In this document: positions 39,094-53,356 of the stretch, piece after piece
Numbering within the stretch: position 1 is the stretch's first letter
Layout of the letters: each line of letters starts with the position of its first letter
Assembly: GCF_006345805.1 (NCBI RefSeq)
Contig: NC_043005.1
Coordinates: 19,034,001 to 19,098,000, forward strand
Source of the DNA: Octopus sinensis
Taxonomy: Eukaryota
Length of the DNA: 64,000 bases
Direction: 5' to 3'
Notes under the pieces: generated by a model
Told to the model about the DNA's origin: nothing
Seen by the model: only the letters and a program-made list of their open reading frames with translations
Database searches by the model: none
Program-made: the position numbers and the translations under genes

Positions 39094-39350
39094 CAGGCAG
39101 TGGCTCTCATGGCTTCTGATCTTAACTGATTGGAAGTGTTATCATGTACATTGTTTTGTCTTGGTATAAAAGATGGGCTACAGCAAATATTCTGCTCAGT
39201 ACCACAGATTTGCTTGTCAGTTGTTTGACCTTAACCAGTTGACCATGTCCCTTAGTGGCTGACAATATGTGCATCTCTGAATGCGAGGAGAAGTAGTGGG
39301 AAAGCATCATAGCCATGTGTTGAGAGGAATTCTTTGGGGTTTGAATAACT
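39094..39350 (+). mobile_element. Family C partial copy
   Basis: Matches the first half of 37892-38450. Confidence 0.85.
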
Positions 39351-39529
39351 AGGTTCCACCTGCAAGATCCCCTTCTGTCCATATTGTTATGAGATCACAG
39401 TGTCATGCACAGATAGCTGCGATGGATGTGCCTAGGGTACACTTATAAGACGGGTAGTCATGATGATTATGTTGGGTTTCGTGTATTTGTACACTAGTAT
39501 AATAATAATAATGATAATAATCTTTTCTA

Positions 39530-39725
39530 CTATACGCACAAGGCCTGGATTTTGCGGGGAGGGGGGCAGTCACCCCAGTCCTCAACTGGTACTTAATTCA
39601 TCGACCCTTGAAAGGATGTAAGGCCAAGTCGAGATATGCGGAATTTGAACTCAGAACGTAGCAACGGACGAATTACAGCTAAGCATTTTGTCCGCTTTGC
39701 TAACGACTCTGCCAGCCAGCCGCCT
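39530..39725 (-). mobile_element. SINE family B, degraded monomer
   Basis: Reverse-complement head and core. Confidence 0.75.
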
Positions 39726-39735
39726 TCATATGATG

Positions 39736-39832
<97 letters not shown>

Positions 39833-39834
<2 letters not shown>

Positions 39835-40211
39835 GAACTCAGAGAGCGCAAACCTCTGCCAAGGCAATACCAACGCCCTCTCAACGACTAGCCGGATATG
39901 AGTTTTAAAATGAGAATATCTGAATAAACTCGACTGCGCTCATAAACGAGAATACTAAAAATGAACCCAGTCGCTCTCAAAAGTTAAGTAAAAAAATAAA
40001 AAAATAAAAAGGAAAAATAATCCAGAATCCTTGTTCGGTACCGGATCGATTCCCAAATCTAATCAGTTCGTGCCAGTCACGAGGGCAAACATCCCTGAAA
40101 GTTTCATCCGAGTCCATCCAACGGTTCTTGAGATATCTTGTCCACGGACAAACCATCAAATCAACAAACACAACCGAAAAACAATACCTCCGCCTTAGCG
40201 AAGGCAGAGGT
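39833..40211 (+). mobile_element. Helentron-associated non-autonomous element (HINE/DINE-like)
   Basis: 5' acctctgccaagg (39852) echoes the 3' terminal hairpin acctccgcc-ttagcgaa-ggcagaggt (40186-40211); lies in (TAA)n. Confidence 0.7.
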
Positions 40212-40289
40212 AATAATAATAATAATAATAATAATAATTATTATTATTATTATCATCAAGTTGTTGTCACAAAGGCAGCTTGTGGGAGG

Positions 40290-40465
40290 AGATTAAGTCG
40301 ATCACATCGACACCAGTCCTCAACTGGTACTTAATTTAATCGACCCCGAAAGGATGAAAGGCAAAGTCTACCTCGGCGGAATTTGAACTCGGAACGTAGC
40401 GACGGGTGAAATACAGCTAAACATTTTGCCCGGCGTGCTAACGACTCTACCAGCCAGCCGCCTTC
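40290..40465 (-). mobile_element. SINE family B monomer
   Basis: Reverse-complement head and core. Confidence 0.82.
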
Positions 40466-40501
40466 AATAATAATAATAATAATGATAATAATAATAACAA
40501 C

Positions 40502-40532
<31 letters not shown>

Positions 40533-40571
40533 CTAATAATAATGATGATGATGATGATGATGATGATGATG

Positions 40572-40665
<94 letters not shown>
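40466..40665. repeat. (AAT)n/(GAT)n microsatellite
   Basis: Direct reading. Confidence 0.95.
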
Positions 40666-40667
<2 letters not shown>

Positions 40668-41039
40668 TAATTCCTGTTATAATTATCTAACCTCCAAGTA
40701 GGATAAAAGCATGCAAAGGAGAAACAATAAAGAAATGTTAGAGATTCTGTGAAATAACTAATTTGATATAAAGAAATAATTTGATACAAACTTTCATGTA
40801 ATAATGAGATTTCAATCCAAGTTCTGAATTTCAATTTTCATATTTTCATATTTGTGGTTTAATTTAATAAATGAAATAACAGAATAATCATATATACGTT
40901 TTTGAAATGTGATAGACGGAGCATAATAAAGCTGAGAGTAACCGATAGGACGAGCGAAACAGACAATGATTGTAGGTTTAGGCTTGATAAAATTTGCGAA
41001 AGGGAAAAAAAGCTGGTTTGTTTGTTTGTTTCTTTCGTT

Positions 41040-41365
<326 letters not shown>

Positions 41366-42368
41366 GTAATATGATAGCGGACGAAATAGGATTACCCGGT
41401 GTTCATGCTTTGGTCTAGTGGTAAGGATGCTGCACGCATAATTGCGCGAACCTGCTTTCGAATCCCGAACCGGGTTATGCGCTGTGTTCTTGAGGAAAGC
41501 ACTTCATTTCCCATTGTTTCAGTTTCACACTGCAATAAAAATGAGCAACCCCGTTCAAGGGGAGGGTGTTGTGATCTCGGAAACCAGGTAACTGGTTGTA
41601 GGACTCGAGGCAATAATATCCAGGGGTTTCTTTTTTATGCTTTTACCATCTAAACGTAAGGTTAGCAGTGTATGTGAAATGAAATCATCTTATGATAATT
41701 TCATAATGAGCTCAACCAGGATGCAACTCCATTCCACGAGGACGTTACTTCATATTCTTAGGTGGTGGTCACTTGCCTAAACGGCCAGATCTTTTCTTTT
41801 GAAGGTTTCTCACAAATCCATTGCTGGCACTGACACAGATTTAGTTGACGTATCCAAAATCAGGAAAAGTCAAGTTGACTTCCACAGGATTCGAACATAG
41901 AATAATGAGTGACAAAACTAAGTACCTTAAAGTGAAATTAATGAAATTAGCCACGGGCCAAATAGGAGGCTACTAAGTGGTTGTGCAACCTTCTAGAAAT
42001 AACACCCAAGTCTCTCTTATGTCATGCTCTACCGTCTTAGAAAAGAACGAATATTTAGACTAACTTTTGTTCTTTGAGATACTGAACTTGAAAAAAAAAA
42101 TGGTTAAAGTAGAAGTGAGATAGTGGCGGTATAGTTGTTGTTGTTGTTGCTTAGCTTATGGTAAGTGACATTATTGTGTTTTTGATTCTGGCATAATGTA
42201 CCGAGGACTACGTTATATAATGCGCCCCCTTTTTATTATTATTATTATTATAATTTTTTAAAAATTAAAAACGGTAGAATGTGATTTATGAGAGATTTGA
42301 ATGCGAGACTGAAAGAAAATGAGCTGATTCCGACGGGAAACGCAGAGAAGCAAGTAGCAGCTTATATA

Positions 42369-42420
<52 letters not shown>

Positions 42421-43696
42421 ACATACATATAAACGATGGGCTTCTTTCAGTTTTTCGTCTACCAAATCCACTCACAAGGCTTTGGTCGGCCCGAGGCTAT
42501 AGTAGAAGACACTTGCCCAAGGTGCCACGCAGTGAAAACGATATATTTATATCTATCTATACACACATCAAATTGCGTCCCTCTTTAGCTTTGTGTACCT
42601 ATAAAGGACTCTGAAAAAAGAACTCACTACTGACTGCAGAGTAAAGATATATTATCAATAGTGGATTTAGAGCCCAGAACGTAGAGACGGACGAAATGAC
42701 ATTTGGTATTTTGCGTGCAAACGATTCTGCCAGCGCGAGGCCTTAGGATAAATAAATATTAAACCTACTATAAAAAAGTTTATTTTTATTGTTCACAATC
42801 AGTCAACCAACATTTTGTTTCCTATAATCAGGCGATTTCTATTAAATGGAATCGGAAAATACATTGATATACAACCTGAATACAATGCTATTGCAAATAT
42901 TCCTGTTAATCTTGCATGCATCTACTGAGTAATAAATCATTTCTACAATTTCGTGAATCTAATAAGTGGAGTAAATACGAACTACGTGGAGCGTTAGAGG
43001 AAAGATTGAAAGCGCTGGTTTAAACGAATGAGTGGAACAAACAGTGAAATGCTCCTCTCTTATAAGAATTTATGTGGAAGGAAATAAAGGAATATCTAGT
43101 TCAGACAATAATGAAACATATATCAGTGGTTTTCTATGTAACAAATCCTTGATATGATGGCAATGATTACGACCATAAAGCAATCAATCCAATCACAAAG
43201 TGTTATGGAAAGACGCGTTATCATATTAGGACTACGGTCCGCAGCTCAAACATTTACACCGTAAGGCACGATTACCTTTGCCATAGTATGATATATTGTA
43301 TTTTAATCTCTATGACTTGCAGTGCTTAAATTTTCATTATTATTCAGTTTGTTTACATACCACAGGAATTTGTGTAGCATGAATACTCGTTTATTGTTCA
43401 CTCTAGTCTTGGGCTATGTTAGAGCGTTTAATATTGCCTTGAATAATATATGTTAAATACCAGATTTGCTCGAATGCTTTGAAATTCCGGAGTCTTTACT
43501 CCACCCAAAGAAAAGACAAAATTATACAAAGCAAATTCAATGAAATTCTTCAAGTATAATCGATTAGGGGTACTGTGGAAATTTGTAAAACCGCCGAATT
43601 TTTCATTTGAGGTTCCTCCACTAAACTCACACACAAAATTACATATACGTATGGAAGCACACACAAAGACACAGGTATGCACATAAACAGAAATGA

Positions 43697-43734
<38 letters not shown>

Positions 43735-44242
43735 AACACACATACACAAACACACACACACACACACAAACACACAGATACACATAGCAACTAATTCAGA
43801 TATTGTATTATATATATTGGACTGCGGCCATGCTGGGGTACCGCCTGAAAGTGTTTACTCCAACAAATCCACTGCAGTACTTATGTATCGGTCGTTTTGC
43901 CGAACCACTACGTTAAGAGACGTAAACATGCCAACACTGGTTATCAACTGGCGATGGGGAAGCAAAAAAAAAAAAAGATAAGCATAAAAATGCACAAACA
44001 GATATACGATAGGCTTCTTTCAGTATCCGTTCATCAAATCCACTCCGAAGGCTTTGGTCGGCCTCGGGCTATAGCAGAAGACACTTAGTCAAAGTGTTAT
44101 GCAGTAGGAGTGAACCATCTACCATATCCGCTTCCAATGTGGTTGGAAAGCAAACTACATACTACATCGCCATGCGAGCACGAATTTGTTTCTCCATTTT
44201 CTTATTTGTATTATATATGCATAGGTACATATGTGTGTACAT

Positions 44243-44283
<41 letters not shown>

Positions 44284-44292
44284 ACATAAAGT

Positions 44293-44619
44293 GAAGGCAC
44301 ATGGCTCAGTGGTTAGAGCGTCGGTTCCACAATCATGAGGTGGTATGTTCGATTCCCGGACTGGGCTGTGCGTTGTGATTCTTGAACAAGACACTTTATT
44401 TCAGTTCATTCAGCTGTAGAATTGAGTTGTGACGTCACTGGTGCCATGCTATATCGGCATTTACGTTTCTCTTGGACAACATCGGTGGCGTGGAGAGGAA
44501 GGCTGGTATGTATATGCGACTGGTTGTTTTCCTTAAACAACCTTGCCCAGACTTGCGCTTCGGAGGGTAACTTTCTAGGTGCAATCCCATGGTCATTCAT
44601 GGTCGAAGCGGGGTCTTTA

Positions 44620-44622
<3 letters not shown>
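44293..44622 (+). mobile_element. tRNA-derived SINE family E
   Basis: gaaggcacatggctcagtggttagagcg...gttcgattcccgg (A/B boxes) followed by cttgaacaagacactttatttc. Confidence 0.8.
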
Positions 44623-44667
<45 letters not shown>

Positions 44668-44675
44668 TATATATA

Positions 44676-45060
44676 GGAGTGGCTGTGTGGTAAGTAGCTT
44701 GCTAACCAACCACATGGTTCCGGGTTCAGTCCCACTGCGTGGCATCTTGGGCAAGTGTCTTCTGCTATAGCCTCGGGCCGACCAATGCCTTGTGAGTGGA
44801 TTTGGTAGACGGAAACTGAAAGAAGCCTGTCGTATATATGTATATATATGTGTGTGTGTGTTTGTGTGTCTGTGTTTGTCCCCCTAGCATTGCTTGACAA
44901 CCGATGCTGGTGTGTTTACGTCCCCGTCACCTAGCGGTTCGGCAAAAGAGACCGATAGAATAAGTACTGGGCTTACAAAGAATAAGTCCCGGGCTCGATT
45001 TGCTCGACTAAAAGGCGGTGCTCCAGCATGGCCGCAGTCAAATGACTGAAACAAGTAAAA
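44676..45060 (+). mobile_element. SINE family A, near full length
   Basis: Match to 18059-18482. Confidence 0.92.
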
Positions 45061-45351
45061 TATATTATATATATATATATATATATAATGAAAGTAGCAA
45101 TATAAACATATTCTATTATTCTTTTACTTTTTTCATTCATTGAATGGCAGTCATACTGAGGCAGTTCTTCGAAAGCTTTAATCGATCGAAGCGATCTCGA
45201 TATTTTAAATCTGGTACTTATTCTGTCGGTGAATTTTTGCCGAACCGCTGCGTTAGGTGGGTCTAAGCAGACCAGCACTGCTCTTCAAATAGTAGGAGAT
45301 AAAACCAAACAGACTCAAACACACCCTCGTATATAGAAACATGCATACAGG

Positions 45352-45407
<56 letters not shown>

Positions 45408-46468
45408 CGCATACACATGCATACACGTGCACACATACGCATGCACACACACATGCACAATGTTGAAGTCATTCTTATGTTCAGGACATGAATCGTCGCT
45501 GAAAATGTCTGTCTTGCTTATACAAAAACTAAACAAATATTTAAATTAATCAGTTAATCACTCTTTAGTTCGTGCTTCATCCTTAATTAATTAATTGATT
45601 AATTAATTAATAATCTTTCACTGTCTTGTGTTTAGTTAACATTTTCCTGAAGATTCAACGGAGGAGAGACGAAAGGCTTCAGACCGAAAGGACCTTCCAT
45701 CTTCATTCATTTCCAATTGCGAAGTTGTTATTTGAAATTCAAATTGTTTTTTCAAATTATAACTCATATATATATATATAAGGATGTTTTTGACACAACC
45801 CATCACAAGGAGATGTTTATTAGTCAACTAAAAAGAATTACACGGCACAAACTATATCTCAACAGATGACATCATGTCAATAACATAATCTTCTTAAATA
45901 TTGCTTTCACGAATATTCCAAGTTGTATGATAAAGATGAAACCTAAAAATATCAAAATAAGAATTTGAACGGGTATATAAAACGAAAACTTCTTTCTGTG
46001 TTCTCTTCTGTTCCAGTAATTTTCTCTTTACAATTGACAAATTCAATAAATGCTGACTCATTCCTTAATTTATCCCTTTCTGCATATTAACAGAACGTTC
46101 TAGATTTAATGTTCTTTCGGCATGTATCAAGCTGTGTTTATGAATCGATTAGTTTCCTTCCATACGTCGACCTCCTCTGAGCATTCATTTCGGTTTCTAC
46201 TAATTCTGTCTAAGAAGATTTACGATCTTCTTAGCTTCATTTGTTGCTTCTTATCATATGTTTTATGCATGATGCATGTATGTATGTATGCTGATGACCG
46301 GGGGAATTCTTAAATATTGTCTTTGTTAAAAATGGCTCTACCTGCTGCATACATACACAGATACATAATGCTTACATATATGCATATATGCGTGTAAACA
46401 CGTATATACATGCATACATGCATACATACATACATACATATATATAAACATATATATAATCATATTTA

Positions 46469-46499
<31 letters not shown>

Positions 46500-47049
46500 G
46501 TGTGTGTGTATCTATGTATGTATGTATGTATGTATACATGTATGTATGTATGTATGTATGTATGTATGTATGTATGTATGTATGTATATGTGTGTGTATG
46601 TATGTATGTATGTATGTATGTATGTGTATGCATTTGTGTAGGTATGAATATACATATACACCTTGTTAAAGATAATGTTTTATTGCAGTAATACTAGATA
46701 CAATATATACTTAAAGTTCTCAGCACAGGCCTTCTTTCTTTCTCTTCACCGTTTTTACATATCCATCACTAATTGTAAGCTGTTCATCGGATGTCCTCGT
46801 GGCAATAACACAAATCATCATCATCATCATCATCATCATCACCACCACCACCACCACCACCACCACCACCACCACCACCACCACCACATCATCACATCCT
46901 CTTCATCATCTTAATTTATGCTTTGCGATATACAGTTCCCTTTCCTGGCACAAGAAATAGATACAACGCGGAAGAACATGCACAGAGATGTTCAAGTCTT
47001 ACAACTTTTTTTCTTGTGAGAATGTCTTCACATGTTTAGACCGTATGTT

Positions 47050-47340
47050 TATTCTTATAGTAATTTGTCAATATTCTTATACAAATGGTCGTCTATCACT
47101 CAACATGTACCAAACACGGATGGAATGATAGACACATTCCTTAACTACCTTAATGTTTTTAGTTCAGTAGTCAGGTCGGTATAATTTCTTATATATTCAA
47201 CTTGCTTCTCTTCAACATTATAATCATTTGGCATTGCAATCACGATAATTAGTACGTTACAGTAATTTTTGTCTTGGAAAATGATGTCAGCTACATTATT
47301 ATGTTCCATCACGTAGTCTCTCTGCTAAAGTTCCATAGTA
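47050..47340 (-). mobile_element. Old RLE-type LINE endonuclease remnant
   Basis: Minus translation HNNVADIIFQDKNYCNVLIIVIAMPNDYNVEEKQVEYIRNYTDLTTELK is a decayed RPD..D..P..K.Y motif. Confidence 0.55.
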
Positions 47341-47383
47341 GATTTTAACATTGTCATTTTCTAAGAAAAGTAGAAGTTTATTA

Positions 47384-47417
<34 letters not shown>

Positions 47418-47438
47418 GTTGTTGTTGTTGTTGTTGTT

Positions 47439-47496
<58 letters not shown>

Positions 47497-47500
<4 letters not shown>

Positions 47501-47877
47501 TATCATTGCCTTTGCACAGCTTCTAATGCTGGAGATGTACTACGGTGTCAGCTGTTCACTGCCAGTGAACTAAGGTAAGACCTCTTAGTTTTCGAGCACC
47601 TTCCGGAGTATAGTGCTGTTTTCTGCAAGTGCTCCACCCTTATTGCAGCCCCTATTTGTTCCACGTACTTCTCGAGACTTTTGCTCACTGTTCCCAGGGC
47701 TCCGATAATTATTGATACTACTGCTACCTTTTTCATCGACCACAACTGCTTAACTTCGCACGCTAACCTGTCATATCTCTTGACTTTTCTTTCTTCCTTA
47801 TCCCATACATGGGCAAGCTATATCTATGATCCAGCATAGTTTGTTTTCTTTTTCAGTTAAGACTATGTCTGGCTTCC

Positions 47878-47878
<1 letters not shown>
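47497..47878 (-). mobile_element. RLE-type LINE 3' end, second family, flanked by (ATC)n/(ATT)n
   Basis: KPDIVLTEKENKLCWIIDIAC, KVKRYDRLACEVKQLW, SIIIGALGTV, LQKTAL. Confidence 0.82.
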
Positions 47879-47916
<38 letters not shown>

Positions 47917-47928
47917 TATTATTATTAT

Positions 47929-48470
47929 TGAGTGAGAGGTCAGCTCATGCCACCAAAGTGACACTGGGGTACAAATATATAAAGCCCAATATACCCATCA
48001 TGACTACCCGTCTGATAAGAGTACACTAGGTACATGCTTCACAACCATATGTGCGCTACATGATGATCTCATATCAAGATAAACAGTGCATGACCTTGCA
48101 GGTGTGTGTGTGTGTGGGGGGGCAGTTAGAATTTTCTTCAGGTCGAATAGGCCATTCTGCTCAAAAGGTCCCTGAATAATGGTTGTTTGAAGATGTTGGA
48201 CAAAACACCCATGTTTCCAGAAGTGAATGATCCAAACCCCAAAGAATTCCTCTCAACATATGGTTATGATGCTTCCCACTACTTCTGCTCATGATCAGAG
48301 ATGCACATATCGTCAGCCACTAAGGGACATGCTCAACTGGTTACGGTCAAACAACTGACAAGCAAGTCCGTGGTATTGAGCAGGATATTTGCTGTAGTCC
48401 ATCTTTTATACTAAGACAAAACAATGTACATGATATCACTTCCAATGAGTTAAGATCAGAAGCCATGAAA
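47929..48470 (-). mobile_element. Family C ~550-bp element, flanked by (ATT)n
   Basis: Match to 23541-24100. Confidence 0.87.
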
Positions 48471-48504
48471 GCGAGTATTATTATTATTATTATTATTTTT
48501 TTTT

Positions 48505-48716
48505 TACTACCCACAAGAGGCTAAACATGGAGGGTACAAACAAGGACAGACAAAGGGATTAAGTCGATTACATCGACCCCAGTGCGAAACTGGTACTTAA
48601 TTTATCGACCCCGAAAGGATGAAAGGCAAAGTCGACCTCGGCGGAATTTGAACTCACAACGTAACGACAGACGAAATACCGCTAAGCATTTCGCCCGGCG
48701 CGCTAACGTTTCTGCC
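48505..48716 (-). mobile_element. SINE family B monomer
   Basis: Reverse-complement head, core and tail. Confidence 0.88.
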
Positions 48717-48764
48717 ATCATCATTATTTCGCTAGTGCATGCTATTTTAGTTAGCAAGTATTTT

Positions 48765-49030
48765 ACCAAGAGATTTGGTGACAAGTCCCATCAAATCTCA
48801 AGAACCTCTCTTAGGATTCTTGTAGAATATAGAATGGTACTTTTCTGTAAGTCGACAATGCGAATTTCTGTTCCAATCTTTTTCAGTCTTTTTAACAGTA
48901 TTTTGGGTGTGGTGCCAAGTGCACCAATTACTAGAGGAATAATTGTTGTCTTGGTCTTCCATAGCCTTCTCAAGCTCTCTGGCTAGATCCTCATATTTTC
49001 CAAGTTTTAAAAATTCCTTGATATTGACTC
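48765..49030 (-). mobile_element. RLE-type LINE 3' end, third family
   Basis: KYEDLARE, RRLWKTKTTIIPLVIGALGT, DLQKSTILYSTRILREVL*. Confidence 0.8.
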
Positions 49031-49921
49031 TGCTATCGTAGGGAACAGTAAAATCTATGATCTTACACTGTTTATTTCGTCCTGTATGATCATATCCGGT
49101 CCCCTTGTTTCAATAGTCAGCCTTTATGGGGAAATTCCACAAGATATCATCATCATCATCATCATTGTTATTGTTGTTGCTGTTTCTACTGAGGTTGATG
49201 GCGTTTATATTATTGTTCTTATTATCGCTATTGTTATTGGTACAATCACTACAAGGTGGCGATTTAGCAGAATCTTTTGTGCTTTGCAGCTTTTGTTCCG
49301 GCTCTTTAAATTCTGAATTTAAACCGTGCGGAGGTTGACTTTTCCTTTCAAGCCTTTCGTTTGCATGTTTGTGTGTGTGTGTGTGAAAAATGACTGGAAC
49401 AAAAGGAAACAACTTGTAATGGATTAAGAAAGATCAATCTGGAAAAGTTTGAGATAGAAATGTGACTTACTAAATCATAAGATGCTTACCAGAATTTATC
49501 CGTTTGCCAACAGAAAATTTCGAAAGAAGAATTTCATCGCATATGCACTGAAACAGGGCAATTGCATACATTTATACAATCATTGATATCTTAAAACAAA
49601 GTTTCCATCTTATTGAGGCAAAGCTCAAAATGGAAATTTCCGTACAAGTACGGAGTAACAAAATTCAGGATTGACCATAAAATTTTAAGAGATAAACCCT
49701 GGCCCTCGAATGATTCAGAGCCTTTTTCTTGTGAAGTTTATTCGCCATTCTAGAAAAAAAAAACCCGTCATTTTTTTGCCAGTTTTCCTAAATGTATAGA
49801 TAATTCCAAAATCATCTTTAAAAGAGATTTCAATAAATCCAATAATAAATGTTAGGAGTGTATTATTTAAATTTAATGTAGAACACGAAAGTTCTCAGAA
49901 GGCAATAACTATTAAGGGGGC

Positions 49922-50407
49922 TCATCATCATCATTGTTCAACCGTGGTCGAGACAATGGAATTTACCATGCTACGCCAGACTTCACGGTCCATCATGGCA
50001 TTACGGAGGTTCTGTTGCTGGATGCCTGTATCCCTGGAGATTACATCAGGGTAGGAGAGTGTGCGCCCTCTGGTATTGCGAGTAGATGGCTTCCAGAGGA
50101 GAAGAGTAGAAATTACTTCTTTTTCAGCTCTACAACAATGTCCAGCAAACTGGACTCTCCTACCTTTCACAAGAGATGACACAGGTGGTAGTTTCCCATA
50201 TATTTGCATTTTGGTTGGATGGCGCCTCCACGATAGATTTTGAGCTCTCATAAGGAGGCGGGTGTAGGTTCCATCCAACCGCCTCTCAAGCTTCTTTGAT
50301 AACGTCCAGGTTTCTGAGCCATATAGTAGAATTGGTTCGACTGTGGCTTTGAATATTTCAAGTTTGAAGTCTCTACTTAGATTTCCTGACCAGATCTTAT
50401 GCATGTC
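49922..50407 (-). mobile_element. RTE-clade LINE 3' fragment with an uninterrupted 157-codon frame and (TGA)n tail
   Basis: IFKATVEPILLYGSETW, RRVQFAGHC, DREVWRSMV. Confidence 0.88.
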
Positions 50408-52733
50408 ATAAAGGGGCTACTGATATGAATGCTGAAGTGACAAGTGAAACTGGCGGTTATACTGTTTGTGACTGCTAGATATTCGATATTGAATTTGGTG
50501 GAGCAACTTGCGAAGTTCGTGCGACAAAAATATGTAATTTTGACAGCATTTGAACTTAAAGCTTCATAATATATATGGTTTACTGCGAAATGAAAATGAA
50601 TTTAGTTTAAGAAATATTTACCAAAGAGGTAACTGGCATTTTAGCTAGAATGAACACTAAATTATAGAATGAGCTTATTTTTACACAAAAAAATTTGTAC
50701 TGTATACTTTATCTGTGAAGCCACAGTCTTGTTATAATAATGTGAAAAGCTGTCGAATGAAGATAAGGAAGATATGCAAATACCAAGTTTATTAAGTATG
50801 TTGGTTTCGTATTCTATTTATACTAAATAATAATTCATTTGGTTTTCTATAAGCGTGAAATTCGTATTGAAATTTAAAGTAATGCAAAAATACTTAAATA
50901 CACTAACCGTCAAAAGTAATCTTTAAACCCGATTTTAAGCGAAAAACCTGTATGTGGTCTTTTCTAAATCTATCTGAACAGTGGCCCTTTACATTAAGTG
51001 ACACTAACGGCCCTCATTTCTGTCGAACTACCTTGAAAGCTTCGGAATTTTTTTTTTTTTTATGAATGTTCAAAACATAAATTTCAATGATTTTGTACAA
51101 TTTTTGTGAACCCATGAAGTAATCCAAATTTTCATCTCTGATCTTTTTTAATTCAAAATGAGTTAAAGAATATAATGGATTTCATTGCATGCATAATGAT
51201 TTCGATGTATGTAATTAGTACGAAATTATTACCGAAAGCTAAGGCTTTATGTCTAGGTTCAGTTATGGAAGATTGTACAAATTGGCAAAATTGTTTAGCA
51301 TTAAAACCATCGAACAACTTACCGTATCACTAGTATTACATAATTTAATAGAAATGATCTGTCTGTTCTAAATATGACAAAATCTTTGATGTTTTTGCTA
51401 TAAATTTCCTAACGCGTTTCCCCAAGAGGTAATGAAACTGCATTTATTATAACAAATAAATTACATTGTGATGTAATTTGAATGCGATGTAAAATTTGCT
51501 TAGAATGAAACATTCTAATATGTCGATCATTTTCAGGTTAGTAGACGTGTTTTCAGCTTCAATTATGGAATTATTTTCGCAATATAATTATATATATATA
51601 TATATATTTGTCTTACAACACTAGTGAAAATGGTGTTAGTCCTTTCTTTTTTTCTCTATTTCAAACCATGAAAATCCCATATTTCTCGACAAATGAAATT
51701 TTTCATCCCACTAACAGCAATGTTACTCAAGACCTTTAATAAGTTCACTTTGTAATATTAAGCCTTATATTCAATCTTTCATAACCAGCCAACAGGAAGT
51801 CTTTGGAAAACAGTTGGCATTCACGCGCTCGTCTGTTCTGCAGTGTGTGTATTTGAGATATATGTATGTCTTCTGTTATCTGTTTCAGTCACTTGACTGC
51901 AGCCATTCAAGACCAGTGTTTTGAAAGGTTTAAACGAACAAATCGCAACCATTATTTTTTATTTTAATGTCTAGAAATTAATCTGGTGGTTTCTTTTGCC
52001 ATATGACGGGATTCCTTAAAGTTTCCATCTACCGAATTAACACACAAAGCATTGATCGGTCCGGAGTCAAAATTGAAGACATTTGCCTTGGGGTGTCGCA
52101 CAAATGGATTGAATCCAAAACAACACCAGATGCAAAGCGAGCTTCTTAACATGCAGCCATGCCGTATATAACCAGATGTGTCTATTCACATCCAACTATA
52201 GAGAGCACACGTCATATTTCATTTCATAACGGCTATCTCTGAAAAGCGCAAGGTTACACAATCGGACTGTTACCTAACACTCCGTTGAACTCCTAGTTCG
52301 AAACCGATTGGTAAGATCGGCTGTAATGAATATATATATATATGTCTGTCTGTCTGTCCATCTGTCTGTCTGTCTGTCTGTATGTATGTATGTATGTATG
52401 TATGTCTGTCTGTATGTATGTATGTATGTATGTATTTATGTATGCATGTATGTATGTAATATGTGTATGTATTCATGTAATTAATATATGTTTATGCAGT
52501 GTATACACATATACATGTACAATATATATATATATGCTTATGTAACTATATGTGTATATACATATATGTGGCATTGTATATCTTCTTTATAATGTGTATT
52601 CAAATTATATATACTTTCTCTCCCATTTTATCTTTTGGTTTCCTTTGTCTTGTCTTTCATTCTTTGCTATATCCAGTATTCGCTCTTTTTATATTAATAC
52701 GCATGGGATATTAACCCGGCGTGTCTTTGTACC

Positions 52734-52767
<34 letters not shown>

Positions 52768-53356
52768 TGTTCGCGCGCGTGTGTTGAGCATGAGTTAAGT
52801 CTATTTACGATAGACACTGGCGTGTTTGTTGTAGTATATACATCTTCTCTATCAGCAATCTCTTAACGTTTATTCCTGGTTTTATATAACGTGATAAACT
52901 CTCATGTTCTTATATGTATACGTCTATGTTTGACATTTTAGCTTATTGATGTTATCTTACAAGCAACATCAACGTTGCTTTCTGCACGTATAATGTTTGC
53001 AGTATTTGTTAAACGGTTTACAGTAATAAGTAATCGGTTAGAGTACCAAATTTCACTACTATTAGTCTATAACGAATTCCATCAAGAAATCCCCGCAGGG
53101 AGTCAATCGATTTTTCGATTTTTCTGTTTTGATTCAGCCTACAGTATCATGAACTACATTATCGAATGTATTTATGCGTTTCTAAGACAGTAGCATGCAA
53201 TTCTAAAGGGTACAATGACCACGTTGGGGCTTTATCGTTGGTCTAACATCAACCTTTCAATGTATGTCCCAAAATGAATGCGTTAACACAGCAATTATTA
53301 GCACACCCGGGTAACAATTTCATTCGAGTTTCGTTACACAATTTTGTTATGAACCT

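Noticed and set aside
45640-45700. ctgaaga...gaaa hammerhead-like core
   Set aside because: No stem II pairing between the two core motifs
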